Part shown: in pieces, positions 1 to 14,110 of the stretch | How the letters are laid out: each line of letters opens with the position of its first letter | Numbering within the stretch: position 1 is the stretch's first letter | Source: Octopus vulgaris | Lineage: Eukaryota | Length of the DNA: 64,000 bases | Reading direction: 5' to 3' | Assembly (NCBI GenBank): GCA_951406725.2 | Contig: OX597826.1 | Coordinates: 82,150,001-82,214,000 of the forward strand | Made by a program: the position numbers and the translations under genes | Notes under the pieces: generated by a model | The model's database searches: none | Told to the model about the DNA's origin: nothing | The model's input: only the letters and a program-made list of their open reading frames with translations

Positions 1-68
1 TACTTATGTGTATGAAGCATACGTATATATATATGTGTGTGCGTGTGTGTGACTATATATGAATGTAA

Positions 69-108
<40 letters not shown>

Positions 109-125
109 GTCTATAAGAGATATAT

Positions 126-160
<35 letters not shown>

Positions 161-308
161 TATGTATGTGTGTGTGTGTGTTTGTATACAGACACAAACA
201 AATTTTCTATAGATATGATAAATTTAAGTGGACTCTATGAGTGCGTATGATTGAGGGATACTTTTATTCGTCAAGGAAATAGATGCTCGGAGCATGCAAA
301 TAATGATG

Positions 309-346
<38 letters not shown>

Positions 347-562
347 CCGTGTGTGTGTGTATATATATACACGCACACATTGACACATATATATATATAT
401 ATACACATACACATATACATACATACATACATATATATATATACACATATACATACATACATATATATATATGTATATGATTGTCTTCAGTTCTATATAT
501 TAATATCTGTATATGTGTATGTATATATGTATATATTTATACTTGTATACATGTTTGTAGAT

Positions 563-627
<65 letters not shown>

Positions 628-693
628 TCACAAATTTTCATAGATAAATAGATATATACACGTCTATATCTCTCTCTATATATATATGGCTGT

Positions 694-763
<70 letters not shown>

Positions 764-857
764 ATGTATATACTCTATACACGTCGACATAAACACTCTC
801 CCAGCTTCACTCGTATTCATGAAATGACGATCAGTAGAACACAATCCTTCCACTTAC

Positions 858-1200
858 CTCAAAACTCCAAAACTGAAGAACTTCGCCGAAGAAACGAATC
901 CAAAAATGGTGTAAATCTTTCCTTTAAATCGAAAAGCTTTCTCCTTAAGGAAATTTGGCTTCTTCCTCACACCCTTTCTGCTTTTCTACTTCTCTACACT
1001 CTCTTCTTCCGCACACACACCCTCTCTTTCGCTTTCTCTATCTACTTCCCCCACACACAGCTTTCTGCTTTCTCCACACACACACACTCTCTCTCTCTCT
1101 GTCTCTAAATGTCTCCCTCACTCTCTTTCTCTGGCACTCTCCCCCTTTCACCCTTTCACCCTCTCACTCTGTCATGCTATGTTTCGGCCTCTTCCGAAAT
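858..1200 (-). other. Candidate non-coding (5' UTR-like) exon
   Basis: Consensus donor GAG|GTAAGTG on the minus strand (intron starts at 857), preceded by GA-rich non-TE sequence; upstream boundary unknown. Confidence 0.3.
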
Positions 1201-1325
1201 ACAAGTATTTTATTTTTTTTTTCTTGTTTCTGATTCTTTTTACTTTGTTTTCCCCCACCAAAGGTTTTCAACTTCAATTCAGAATATCCTACATACTACA
1301 TACACGCATACTAACATAAGTAATA

Positions 1326-1608
<283 letters not shown>

Positions 1609-2441
1609 ATTCTGTTTTGTTTATCTTTTTGTGTGTTCCTTTCTTATTTGAGAATTCTTAGTATTGTTACTGTTGTTGTTGTTGTTGCTGATGCGATTGT
1701 CTTTCTCCTTTGTTGTTTATGGCGTTAATTAAGACTTCTTCTATGATTTTATTATTGAGTCACCTACACACACACACACAGAAGATATATAAGTATACAC
1801 ACACACACACATACACACACACATATATATATATATATATGTATGTCTGTAGGATATTTTTAGTTAATAATCAAAACTCCGGCACTATTTTCATTACTTT
1901 CGGTCTCTGATCTTTGCATCTCTGCCGTTTGGTCCGGCCGCATCTTTTATTTCTTCATTTTATAACATACATTCTATTGTTGTTATATTGGAGTAAATGT
2001 GTGTGTGTGTGTGTGTAGTATTTTAATTAATATTCTTAAATTATATACTTATGTGTTCTATCTATATAGACATGTGTGTGTACGTACTATTCAACACACA
2101 CACACACTTCTATTTAGTATATATATATATAATATTACATATATATATATATATATATTATATGATATATATATATATAAATATATATATTTAAACATAT
2201 ATATAATATTTAATATATATTATATATATATGCTATATGTATATATATTTTTATATAATATGTATATAAATATATTTATATATATACATATATATAATAT
2301 TTAATATATATTATATATATATGCTATATGTGTATATATATGTTATATAAAATATATATTGTATGTATATATATTTTATAATATATATATTATATATGTG
2401 TGTTATATGTATTTATACGTTATATAATATAATATAATATG

Positions 2442-2473
<32 letters not shown>

Positions 2474-2699
2474 CTATGTATGTATCTATGTATGTATGTG
2501 TGTATGTATACTGTTTGCGTGTGTGGTTTGTCCGACTACCGCGAAACACTACTGAAATCTAAGCAAGGCCGGTTTGTTTATATCTTGCACATTGTCACAT
2601 GCACACACCCATACATGCACTGATACGCACAAAGACACACACACACGCAAAAACACATAAACCCCACCACACACTCACACACACTCACACTCACTCCCC

Positions 2700-2736
<37 letters not shown>

Positions 2737-3570
2737 ACACACACACTCACACACACACATAAACTCGCACGTTTGACTTTTCTTAATCACAAATTCGGAA
2801 ACATTTTTGTTTGTCAGTTTTTCTTCGTTTTTTTTTTCTTTTCTTTTCTCAAAACGATTCTCTCTTCTTTTTCGCGTTCATCCAATTCGTAGAATTTAGC
2901 CAACAAGCATCGGTCCTTTTTGTTGGGTTTGTTCTGTTGTGTTACCGTTTCTATTTATATTATTTCATACCATCACTGTGTGTAGACATTCATACAGGAT
3001 AGACTGACATAAGTGGCTAAAACTATCCGCTCTGGTCTGCGTGTGTATATATATATATGTATGTATGTATGTATATATACACGAGGCAAGTATGGGTTAA
3101 AAAAGTTCTAAGTTCTTTCGATATGTGTGCGTGCTTTCTGGCTATATTTTTTTTATCAATTTCGTAATGTGTACGTATATGTGTGTGTATATATACATGT
3201 ATGTATGTATGTATGTATGAATGAATGTTTGCTTTTATCTATGTGTATATAAACATATGCACGTGTCTTTGTCTGTGTGTATATTTATATTTACATATTT
3301 ATATATGTAGGTTTCTATTCCTCAGCGTCTTGTCTTCCGTTATTGATATATACTCGATTCCTGTAGGAGTATCTTCCAAACTCCGACGGTTGCTGCTGCT
3401 GCTGCGGCTACTGCTGCTACTACTAATGCTTGTACTACTGCTGCTGCTGCTGCTGCTGTTGTTTTTAGCCCGATGGCAGAGTGTGAGATGTTTGGTGGTG
3501 CTGCGATGAATTCTTTTGGGCAGAGCGCGATCCTGTTGTAGAGGGGGGGAGGAGAGGGACACCACGCACC

Positions 3571-3635
<65 letters not shown>

Positions 3636-3725
3636 ACTCATATAGTAATATAAAACAGATCGTGAAATGAAACCCGCATGACGCTACTTTTCCCACGAAC
3701 ACACGCTCACAGACCAAAAACAACG

Positions 3726-3767
<42 letters not shown>

Positions 3768-4521
3768 TAAGCAATTAAGCAACGGATGAAAATGATGACG
3801 ACGATGATGATGATGATGAAGAAGAAAAACAACAAGTACAAAACCGACAGCAACAAGGAGATTAACAACAATAAAAAGAAAACTGCGACTATTATAAAAG
3901 CCACAACAGCAGCAGCAGCGGTAGCAGCAGTAGTAGCAGCGATAATATGAGCGGCGCGAGCAGCGGAAGGTTTTCTCTCCAACATCAACTGAAATCAGAG
4001 TCTCATAAAAAGGGGACGATTTAACGTTCCCACCACCCACCACCACGACCACCACCCTGCAGATGAACTTTCGGAATCCCAGAAATATGGCGATTCCGAA
4101 ATGCCAGTGGGAAGCATTTCTTTTAGGTGACAATATTCTTTATTTGTATTTTTAAAATCAACTTTTATGAAAATATTTCAGTTAATTTCTGCGAATAATT
4201 CTTCTTCGACGCAATTTTTAAGAAAGAATAATTTTGCTTATTTTTGGTTTTGAAGAATGAGACGATGTTCGGTTTAGGAAACTAGATGAGTTGTTCAAGT
4301 TAGAATGCCTCTCCAGACATAGGACTGGGGAGACGAGACTTGCCTAGGGCTAAACTGGAATAGCAATTGATCTGAGGACTTTAATATTGAGCAATAAAAT
4401 GTAGTCAAGGTTGCTTTTTTTTCCTTTAGATACACACATACGCACGCGCACGCACACATACACTCACACACACACATATATATAAATGTGTGTTGTGTAT
4501 GTGTATATTTTTTATGTTTTA

Positions 4522-4938
4522 TCTTTTACCTTTCTATCTGTTACAGTCATTGAATTGCGGCCATGCTGTGGCAACGCCATGAAGGGTTTTAGTCGAACAA
4601 ATCGGCAACAGAATTTATCTTCTTTTAACTCTGACACGGGGACGTAAACAAAGCAACACCGGTTGTCATGTAAGGGACAGACACAAACACAAAAACATAC
4701 TCACACATATACACGCACACACATATTCGCATATAATACACGCAGATACAAACACAACCACACACGTATCTATATACACACACAGATATCGCCATATGCA
4801 TCTGTATACAGATAGGACGACTGCTTTCATTTACTTTTTATGAAATCCACTCACAAGACTTTGGTCGGTCGAGCTATAGTTGAAACACTTGCCCAAGGTG
4901 TCACGCAGTGGGACCGAACCTGGAATCATGTGGCTGGC
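4522..4938 (-). mobile_element. SINE family A, older copy directly adjacent to the 4950-5357 copy
   Basis: cagtcattgaattgcggccatgctg tail, cggggacgtaaac, aaatccactcacaag, cacttgcccaaggtg. Confidence 0.75.
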
Positions 4939-4949
4939 ATGCTCTTTCA

Positions 4950-5150
4950 TTCTTTTACTTGCTTCAGTCACCTGACTGCGGCCATGCTGGAGCACCGCCT
5001 TAAAGGTTTTCTAGTTGAAGAAATCGACTCCAACACTTATTCTTTGTAAGCTTAGCACTTATTCTATTGGACTCTTTTGCCGAACTATTAAGTTACAGGG
5101 ACGTAAAGACACCAACATCGGTTGTCGAGCGATGGTGGAATGAAAACGCA

Positions 5151-5196
<46 letters not shown>

Positions 5197-5357
5197 CGAT
5201 AGGCTTCTTTCAGTTTCCGTCTAACAAATCCATTTACAGGGCTTTGGTCGGCCCGAGGCTAAAGTAGGAGACACTTGCCTAAGGGGGCAAGGTAGTGAAA
5301 CTGAACTCAGAACCATGGGGTTGAGAAGCAAGCTTCCTACCACACAACCACGCCTGT
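4950..5357 (-). mobile_element. SINE family A, full-length, moderately diverged
   Basis: tcttttacttgcttcagtcacctgactgcggccatgctggagcaccgcc tail ... ggcttctttcagtttccgtc ... ccacacaaccacgcctg head. Confidence 0.85.
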
Positions 5358-5359
5358 AT

Positions 5360-5421
<62 letters not shown>

Positions 5422-5485
5422 GTATTTATACATATGTGTATATATATACATTACCTATTCACATATATATATATATATATACCTA

Positions 5486-5523
<38 letters not shown>

Positions 5524-5975
5524 TACATGTGTATGTATGTATGTATATATATTATGGAGCTCTACTTTGCCCTTCGTTCTTTCGGGGTCAGTAAAATAAG
5601 TGGCAGGGGAGGAAAATTTCAGGCTTAGAAAAGGAGAAGAGGCGTGCGTGCGCGCCATTATGGCGGGAGTGGGGGAAAAGGTGGAAGGAAAGGAGCGGTT
5701 TTAAGTGGCTGTTCGAGCTGCTAGAAATAACAGCCAAAAGGTCGGCAAATCATTACTTTATATATTGTGTTAAATAAGGAGAAAGAGAGAGGGAGAGAGA
5801 GAGAGAGAAGGAGAGAAAGGGAGGGAGAGAGAGATTGTTGTGCTTAGATTGTGCTGCGGGGAAAGACTGTTTGCTAAGCAGTAGCAACAAGAGATAAACA
5901 ATAGCTTAAAACCGTTGTCGTTGCTTTTGTTTATCTCTTGTCAACAACAACAACAACAACAACAACAGGAATTGT

Positions 5976-6010
<35 letters not shown>

Positions 6011-6149
6011 ATAGTTGTAACCGGTATGTTACGCCTAGAAGTGCTAGAAATAACAACGACATTTCGTGATTTCAATACGGAAATGTAATGAGATGATATT
6101 GGATACAGAAACGAGATGGTAAATGTTAACACACACACACACATACATG

Positions 6150-6180
<31 letters not shown>

Positions 6181-6199
6181 ACATACCTTCACACATACA

Positions 6200-6590
6200 C
6201 ACCAGCATCGGTTGTCACGCGATGCTGGGACGACAAAAATACACAAACTCACACACACACACACATATATATATATGACGGGCTTCTTTCAGTTTCCGTC
6301 AACCAAATCCATTCACAGGGCTTTGGTCGATCGAGCTATATAATAGAAGACACTTGCACACGGTAGCACGCCGTGGGATTGAACCCCGAATCATGTAGTT
6401 GGGATGCAAACTTCTTATCACACAGTCACACCATCATTTATTTATTTAATTATTATTTATTTATTATTATTATGGCTTGGTATTTTTCTGTCGGGCTCCT
6501 GTGCCGAATAGCTAAGTTACGGGGACGTAAACAAACGAATATCGGGCAGCAAGCGTTGACGGGTAGGCAAACACAACCAGAAAGATACAC
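6200..6590 (-). mobile_element. Two partial SINE family A copies
   Basis: caccagcatcggttgtc ... ggcttctttcagtttccgtc ... head (to ~6430); second fragment gccgaatagctaagttacggggacgtaaac. Confidence 0.7.
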
Positions 6591-6638
6591 ACACACACTT
6601 ATACAACACTGTGATGATGACGACTGATGCGGAGATGC

Positions 6639-6667
6639 ACACCACCACCACCACTACCACCACCACC

Positions 6668-6723
<56 letters not shown>

Positions 6724-6775
6724 ACTGTTATTGCTGGTACTGCATAATCATCATTGCCGCTGTCGTCATTGCTGC

Positions 6776-6806
<31 letters not shown>

Positions 6807-6830
6807 GCCATCATCATCATCATCAGCAGC
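6639..6830. repeat. Compound trinucleotide array (CAC)n(TAC)n(TGC)n...(CAT)n
   Basis: Direct reading. Confidence 0.9.
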
Positions 6831-7511
6831 ATTAAAACAATCAGTTAAACTAACCACCGTCGCCGCCGCCACCGTCATTTTTGTCAAAGCGTTCCAAAGG
6901 TAAAGAAAAGCCATTTAATTGTACTGTGTGTGTGTGTGTGGAAGGGTGGTGGTGGTGGTTGTAGTGTGGGTGGTGGAAGGGTGGTGGTGTTGGTGCTAGT
7001 TTTGATGGTGGTGGCGGTAGTATGATAGGGAGAGGGTTCGGGTGGTAGTAGTCGTGGCGGTGGCGGTGGTGGAGTTGTTCGGTAGAGATGCATGGGGTAG
7101 CCCTGGGATTTTAGCCCTGGGTCAGAAGACCTGATCGGGCAGACATCCCGGTCCTCACTTTCATGCATTTATTTAGTCATTCAGTTGTAGAAAGGTTTCG
7201 TTGCTATTTCTAGCATGTTGAACAACCATATAGAGGAACCATTTACTCCTGGTTGTGTTGGCGGCGGCGGTGAGGGTGGTTGATAGCTAATGTGGACGTT
7301 AGGGCTATCGTTGTTCTGATGTTGATGATGATGATGATGATGATGATGATGACGGGTATAGCAAGACAAAATAGAGGAAGTGAGAGATGTAATGAACACA
7401 CACACGCACACACGTACACACGTACACACACACACACGTACACACAAACACACACACGCACACACACGTACAAACACACACACACACACACACACACACG
7501 TACACACACAC

Positions 7512-7547
<36 letters not shown>

Positions 7548-7630
7548 ACACACACACACACACGATAAACAAATAAAACTAGAAACAAGTGAGCGGCAGA
7601 CACAACACTAGTTGTTGTCCGGCATAAATG

Positions 7631-7850
7631 CCTATTTCTTTACAAGGGGCTACACACAGACACATGGACAGACACATGGATTAAGTCGATTACATCGACC
7701 CCAGTGCCTAACTGGTACTCATTTAATCGACCCCGAAAGGATGAAAGACAAAGTCGACCTCAGCGGCATTTGAACTCAGAACATAGAGACAGACGAAATG
7801 CCGATAAGCATTTCGCCCGACGTGCTAACGATTCCGCCAGCGCACCGCCT
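7631..7850 (-). mobile_element. SINE family B
   Basis: ctggtactcatttaatcgaccccgaaaggatgaaagacaaagtcgacctcagcggcatttgaactcagaac. Confidence 0.85.
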
Positions 7851-7994
7851 TAATGTCCGGCATAAATGCCATCACGGTCAGCATCAAATGACCAGCACGA
7901 TCACCACCAGCGCCACCACCATCGTTACTACGACAACAACTGGAAATTAATGACCAGGGTTGCGTAGGGAGCGTAAGAAAAGGAACGAGTGTGC

Positions 7995-8029
<35 letters not shown>

Positions 8030-8215
8030 AGGTGACGAGTGAAATACCAGGTGGAGGGGACAGGGTGGAGTGACGGCTTTGATTTGGGATTAGTTTTTAA
8101 TACACATACACGCACAGATATACACACACTCACAAACGCACACAGACATGCACGCACACACGTACACAAACACGCACACGCATACACACACGTACAAATA
8201 TACACACACGCACAA

Positions 8216-8251
<36 letters not shown>

Positions 8252-8519
8252 GCTGCGCATCGTTCATTATGGAATCGGTGGTTTCCTGAAATTCGTGTCG
8301 TAAAGTGGTTTCCCAGGAAATGAAACTTACTGTCCCATGAGGTCCGCGTTTTCGTATCCCAAAGCAAGTGAAGAAAGGATTTCGCGTTACAAAATTCCAC
8401 GTTACAGCAAAATTTCCTGGAACACAATGGTTACGTAATGTAGTGAATGCCTGTGCGTGTGCGCGCGCGTTTTCCTGTCTCTCTTTCTCTCTCTCTCCTT
8501 CTCGCTCTCTGTATATTCT

Positions 8520-8750
8520 TTTTTTTTCTTTTAGTTGTTTCAGTAATTTGACTGCGGCCATGCTGGAGCACGGCCTTTAGTCGAACAAATCTACCCCAGG
8601 ACTTATTCTTTGTAAACCTAGTACTTATTTTATCGGTTCCTTAGCCGAACCGCTACGTTACCGGGACGTAAGCACACCAAAGTCGGTTATCAAGCGATGG
8701 TGGAGGGACAAACACAGACACACAAACACACACAAATACACACACACACA
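8520..8750 (-). mobile_element. SINE family A, 3' half
   Basis: gtttcagtaatttgactgcggccatgctggagcac ... gggacaaacacagac; a head fragment of the same family lies at ~9375-9460. Confidence 0.8.
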
Positions 8751-8754
8751 CACT

Positions 8755-8789
<35 letters not shown>

Positions 8790-8881
8790 GCATATACTTA
8801 TATGTCTGTATTTGTCCTTCCACCATCGCTTGCCAACCGATGTAGGTGTGTTTACGTCCCGGTAACTGAAAGAAGCCGTCT

Positions 8882-8922
<41 letters not shown>

Positions 8923-10681
8923 TAATAAATAAATAAAGCATATGCATATATATACATACATATATGTACGTACCTACCTCTACATGTATATATACATGCA
9001 TACATGGGTACAGGACACCAAAAAAACGTCGAACACAATGAGAAACGAAAACATAAACACAAAACCAAGGAAATGGACATTTTACTTAAACAACGAAAAA
9101 ATAGAGTACAGGACATACAACACAAGGAAAATTCCCCTTCTTCAGTCGCCTTTGTTTCATCTACTCCACGTTTCGAAGGTCAAGGCGATACATGACTTTA
9201 ATGAAACAATCCTTCCCGCGAAAATCAAATTAAATAAAATTTGAGATTTTTTTGCGGAGGGGTAAAAATGGTAACAAAAACAGGACAGTAACGACAGTAC
9301 AAAATATAAACAGTAAAAGACAGGACAAGGAGAATAAGAGTAACACAAACAAGAAGGGCTGTTTAGCCGAACATACACAAGGCTTTGGTCGGCCGGAGGC
9401 TATAGTAAAAGACACTTGGCCAAGGTGCCACGCAGATGAACTGAACCCAGAACCATGTGTCTGTTGTGTGATGTGTGTGTGTGTACGTATATATATATAC
9501 ATACACACACACGCTTGAAAATTAACAATCTCATCAACCGATCTATTTAAAAGTAGAATAAATTATTTTCAGTTTCCCCGATAAATTCTGCTAAAAAGTT
9601 TGACATACGTCTGTGTGCCAGCGCACATGCGTGTTAGTGTGTGTGTATGTGCTTGTGAGTGTGTGTGAGTGAGTGTGCTTGTGTGGGCAGGAAAGTTAAT
9701 GCGGTTAACTAACACGTTTTGAAACCTACACTCTAGAAAATAATCCATTGCAAGTCCATTTGGTTTCTTGTCGCGCGCAGAAAAAACAATGAAAAGAACT
9801 TGACATGCTTCACGGTTGTTTAACAACTCACCAAAATAAATAAATAAATAATTAAAAAGAAAAACAGAGAAAAGTCCTTTTGCCTATTAAAAAATCGATG
9901 ACGATAGCGGGATCTGTGAAGGGCGTAATATACTGAGTGGTTACCTCCGCTCCTATATTATTGTTGCTGTTGAATCCTAACTCAGCCCTAATCCAATAAG
10001 TCTATGATTGAAAGAATTCCAGCAGCGAGGAATCTAAATTCTTTCTCTACAGGAAGTTTATGCGTTGTTCAAGATATTTTTCTTAAGACGGTTGAATCCT
10101 ATTTAAAAGGAACCTCGCTGCTATTCCTCGCATGTATACGCCCCCCCCCCCCACACACACACGTTGGCTGGTGATCTGGTGTAGATTGCAAGAGTGTAAT
10201 AATGTGTTACGAAGTACCCGTATGATGGAACAGACTGATGTCATATGGTGTGCAGAGAGTAGTTTTGTGCCGTGGAATAATTTAATGGACTGATATTATA
10301 AGGGCAGCGGATTGGTAGTTGGTGAGTTGAGCAAATGCCCCGCAAAACTGGGTCCGACTCCTAACGTTCTGAGTACCCTACCAAGATCAACTTTCATCCT
10401 TTCTAGAGTTAAGAACATTGCGCAATAAAGTACCTGTGATGTACTGGTGTCGATCTTTTCGATGCCGGTTTGAAGCAACATGCAATGAGTTACTACGATC
10501 CATGAGAGTTCAAATTCTCACCCAGCCATGAAGTTCCGCTGAAGTAGCGCAATTTTTGAAAGACACCGCCATCGCTTCTCTATTACTTAACTGTAACACA
10601 CTTTATTGCGACCAATACAATTCATCCATCCGTCCGTCCGTACGTACGTACGTGCGCACATACATACATACATACATACAT

Positions 10682-10754
<73 letters not shown>

Positions 10755-10761
10755 CATACAT

Positions 10762-11315
10762 ATGGTGTCTGCCCCCTCGTTATCGAGTATGGCCATTGCA
10801 CAAAGCTTAATCAATGTTGTTATCGTGCAATGCCTGTGCAAGAAGATTTTTTTGAAGTGAGGAAAGGCTGTGCACTGAATCAATCCCACTCACTAAGCAA
10901 CAGCAGCCATAATCCGAAAAGAAGAACAAGTGAACATCATCGGTAACCACTGAGCCACAGGTTTTATGTCGGAGTTATTCCAGTTACCTGAGTTACCTTC
11001 TCCTAGAAGGATGCCCTAACAAAGGCTAGGAGTCCTTCACTCCCAATGGTTTAACCGCGCGATCGGGTATTCAGTCCGATTATTTCTATGCCCCCGCACA
11101 TGATAAAGCCTTAAGACATTTATTGGATGACCGTTGACTCTCAAGAGTTCCTCCGCCCTTTGACGGGTTTTGTTTTTCATCCCGCAGGGTGTCAAATAAA
11201 CACCCTCCTCACCAAGCAAGCTTGGTGGGGTTGCTGGTTTAGTCGCCGATGACCCGACCATGCAACAGGTTGTACTGGGTTACATATTACCAGTAGCACT
11301 CGAAAGTGACCTGTC
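10762..11315 (-). mobile_element. Putative non-autonomous RTE-derived element with structured 5' region
   Basis: GC-richer 550-bp block bounded by microsatellites on both sides; ttaccttctcctagaaggatgccctaacaaaggct resembles RTE 5' UTR segments (from memory); multiple hairpins; no ORF. Confidence 0.55.
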
Positions 11316-11927
11316 ATACATACATACATACATACACACACACGCATGCTTGCCTGCATGCAAAGAAATGGGTGGTGGTGAATTCGCCATATCGCCAATT
11401 GCGTTTCGCTCCATTTGCATCTGTTCACCCAATCAGCTAAACAGAACGATGGTTAATCTCATCTTGGTTATCTCCCTTCGAATTCCTTGTGCCACGAAGG
11501 CTTCTCGACTTACTTCCGGAATGTTATTTCAGTGATTCTTTAGTAAATGTTTCTTTTTAAATGGTAGTAACAAAACGAACGCTATCATATTTGCCTGTTT
11601 GAGCCAAACTAGGATGGAAGGTAATCCAGAAACGACCATACCCTCTCCTTTTTTAACATTTACGACCAAATTGCCCAACGTGTTGGCCTTTTTCAAGACG
11701 GTAGAGTTTGATTCAAGGTGAGAAGGTAGGAATGCAGTGACGGAGGTGGGACAGTATTACATTTTCTTTTTAATTTCACAGCCATAAAGTGACGCAAGAT
11801 ATATTGAGATGAAGTAGAAATCCGAATTAGAAGAAATTCAGATGGCGAGATATATTTCTCACACACACACTCTCTGTCGCTCTGTCTGTCTGTCTATCTG
11901 ACCGTCTGTCTGACCGTCTGTCTGTCC

Positions 11928-12031
<104 letters not shown>

Positions 12032-12879
12032 CTCATTATATCTTTTCCTATTTGTCGTTTGTTTTTATGTAATTCCATGATAGTCGGACTTCTGAGGTGC
12101 ACTTCTGTAAGATTGTTGTCCCCCCTGCTGCGGTGAAGAGGCTTTTCTGTTTTATATCCACCATTTCCTTTGCTATGGTGATGCTTCTGAGAGGCTTTTA
12201 CTTTCCTAAAGGTAGTTGAGTATTGGAAAATGGTGGTGGAGAATGAAATTGCTATTGATAAGAAAGAAAAAGTTATCCTGAGACAAGACACCTCATCCGA
12301 GTTTTTCCACCAAAGGTAGCATAAAGACAGATGCCCTAGTTAAATTGAAGCACAGATAAAAACTACCACCTTCGAGTAGGTCCCGTCTTTCCGGCACGGT
12401 GTCTGTCTCCTTAGTTTGACCCACAAGGCCTTACGTGACATCCTACTTGGCTAAGATACCGTGTAGTGAAATAGAACCCAAAATAACATCGTTCCAAAGA
12501 CAACTTCTTAATCACTTAGCCATGCTTTGTTTAACTACGTAAATCCTATTTGTGTGAAATGTGTTATGGAGCTGTGAGATGATCGTGGAGAACAAGTACG
12601 GTGTTCAGTTGTTGCAGTTTTGAGAGCAGGGAATAGTTTACTGTTTGTTATTAAAACGAAAATATCATGAATAGAATCTGTTCCTTGTGGGGCTATTATG
12701 GAGATATGAAAGGTGTCAGGCATGGTATTTATGTTTTTGTTTATATTATTTTTATTGTACCCAATGCTCTAATTATAAACGGTATCGTTTTTACTCTCAT
12801 TTATTTCCATATTATGTTCATGGTGCTTTGATAGCTTTTCGACTTCCTTCCGGACGGTATTTCGTTTGGAAATGATTAG

Positions 12880-13078
12880 ATGCCGGCCAGAGTGGATCGG
12901 TTTTTCCTTCCTGTCTTTCATCATGCTATGTTGGCACTTCTCTTTGATCTCCTTGTTGCTTTGCACAAGAATGTCGTAGATTACCATAACTATGTCATTG
13001 CCAAATACCGGATTTCGTGTTTATGATGCCAGCTATTTTCAGTTGTCATGTCTACTGAATATATGCATATTAGCAACA

Positions 13079-13128
<50 letters not shown>

Positions 13129-13169
13129 ATATATATATATGTGTGTGTGTATATATATATATATACGTG

Positions 13170-13246
<77 letters not shown>

Positions 13247-13315
13247 GTGTATATATATATACGTGTATATATATATATATATATATAAAATAAATATAAA
13301 TAAAACCCTTATTAA

Positions 13316-13346
<31 letters not shown>

Positions 13347-13470
13347 CGTGTATATATATATATATATGTGTGTGTCTTTATATATATATATATATATATG
13401 TGTATATATATACATATATGTATCTATATATATATTTATATATATATATATATATATGTGTGTGTATATA

Positions 13471-13521
<51 letters not shown>

Positions 13522-13556
13522 GTGTGTGTTTATATATATCTATCTGTCTACACACA

Positions 13557-13607
<51 letters not shown>

Positions 13608-14110
13608 CCTTTATAAGTATTTCTGGTGGCTTAGTCAGAAGAGAAATGTTAGCACCCATTCACCATTGTCGGAGCTTCTCTGGTTGGAAGAAAACGAAAT
13701 AGTTGTTTTCGGACAGGACAGTCAATGCGAACGTCTGCGAAACAATGCATCTTGCTGGCGGCACTTAAGAACCAGATGTCGGCTTTAAGGTGGATTATGG
13801 ATTAAGTCGATTAACCAGTTATATCTGGGATACTTGTTTTTATCATTGCCACGCTTTGGCGGTGGTTAGGAAATTATGTCTTTATGTTGATAACATTCTC
13901 TGCAGTTGAAGTCAATATCTTCTAATATTTTCTTGGAGCTTCTACAGACAAGTGTGTGAGTATATGTGTGTGTGTCTGTGTGTCCCCGTGCGCGCGTTGT
14001 TTCTAGGCAGTGACCTTGTGCATCGGTAATCAGTCCTTCCGTTTCTTTGTTTAGTCCACAGCTTTCAGTTGACTCGGCTTTCATATTGGCTCATTTCGTC
14101 TCTGTCTATT
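12880..14110 (-). mobile_element. Downstream pieces of the same decayed R4/Dong-like element, split by microsatellites
   Basis: GLNKETEGLITDAQGHCLET at ~14000-14060 and [19 protein letters not shown] at ~12930-13000, in the expected order after the RT. Confidence 0.55.
13080..13605. repeat. Compound (TA)n/(TG)n/(CA)n microsatellite
   Basis: Direct reading. Confidence 0.95.

Noticed and set aside
873-900. CTGAAGA...GAAAC near the candidate exon
   Set aside because: No stem I or III and no UH triplet; chance match.
4099-4120. CAGTGG-loop hairpin resembling an iron-responsive element
   Set aside because: The 5-bp upper stem does not close directly on the loop and the bulged C is misplaced.
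9135-9190. Minus-strand GAAAC ... CTGAAGA, possible type II hammerhead
   Set aside because: No valid stem III or UH cleavage site; probably a dispersed repeat end.
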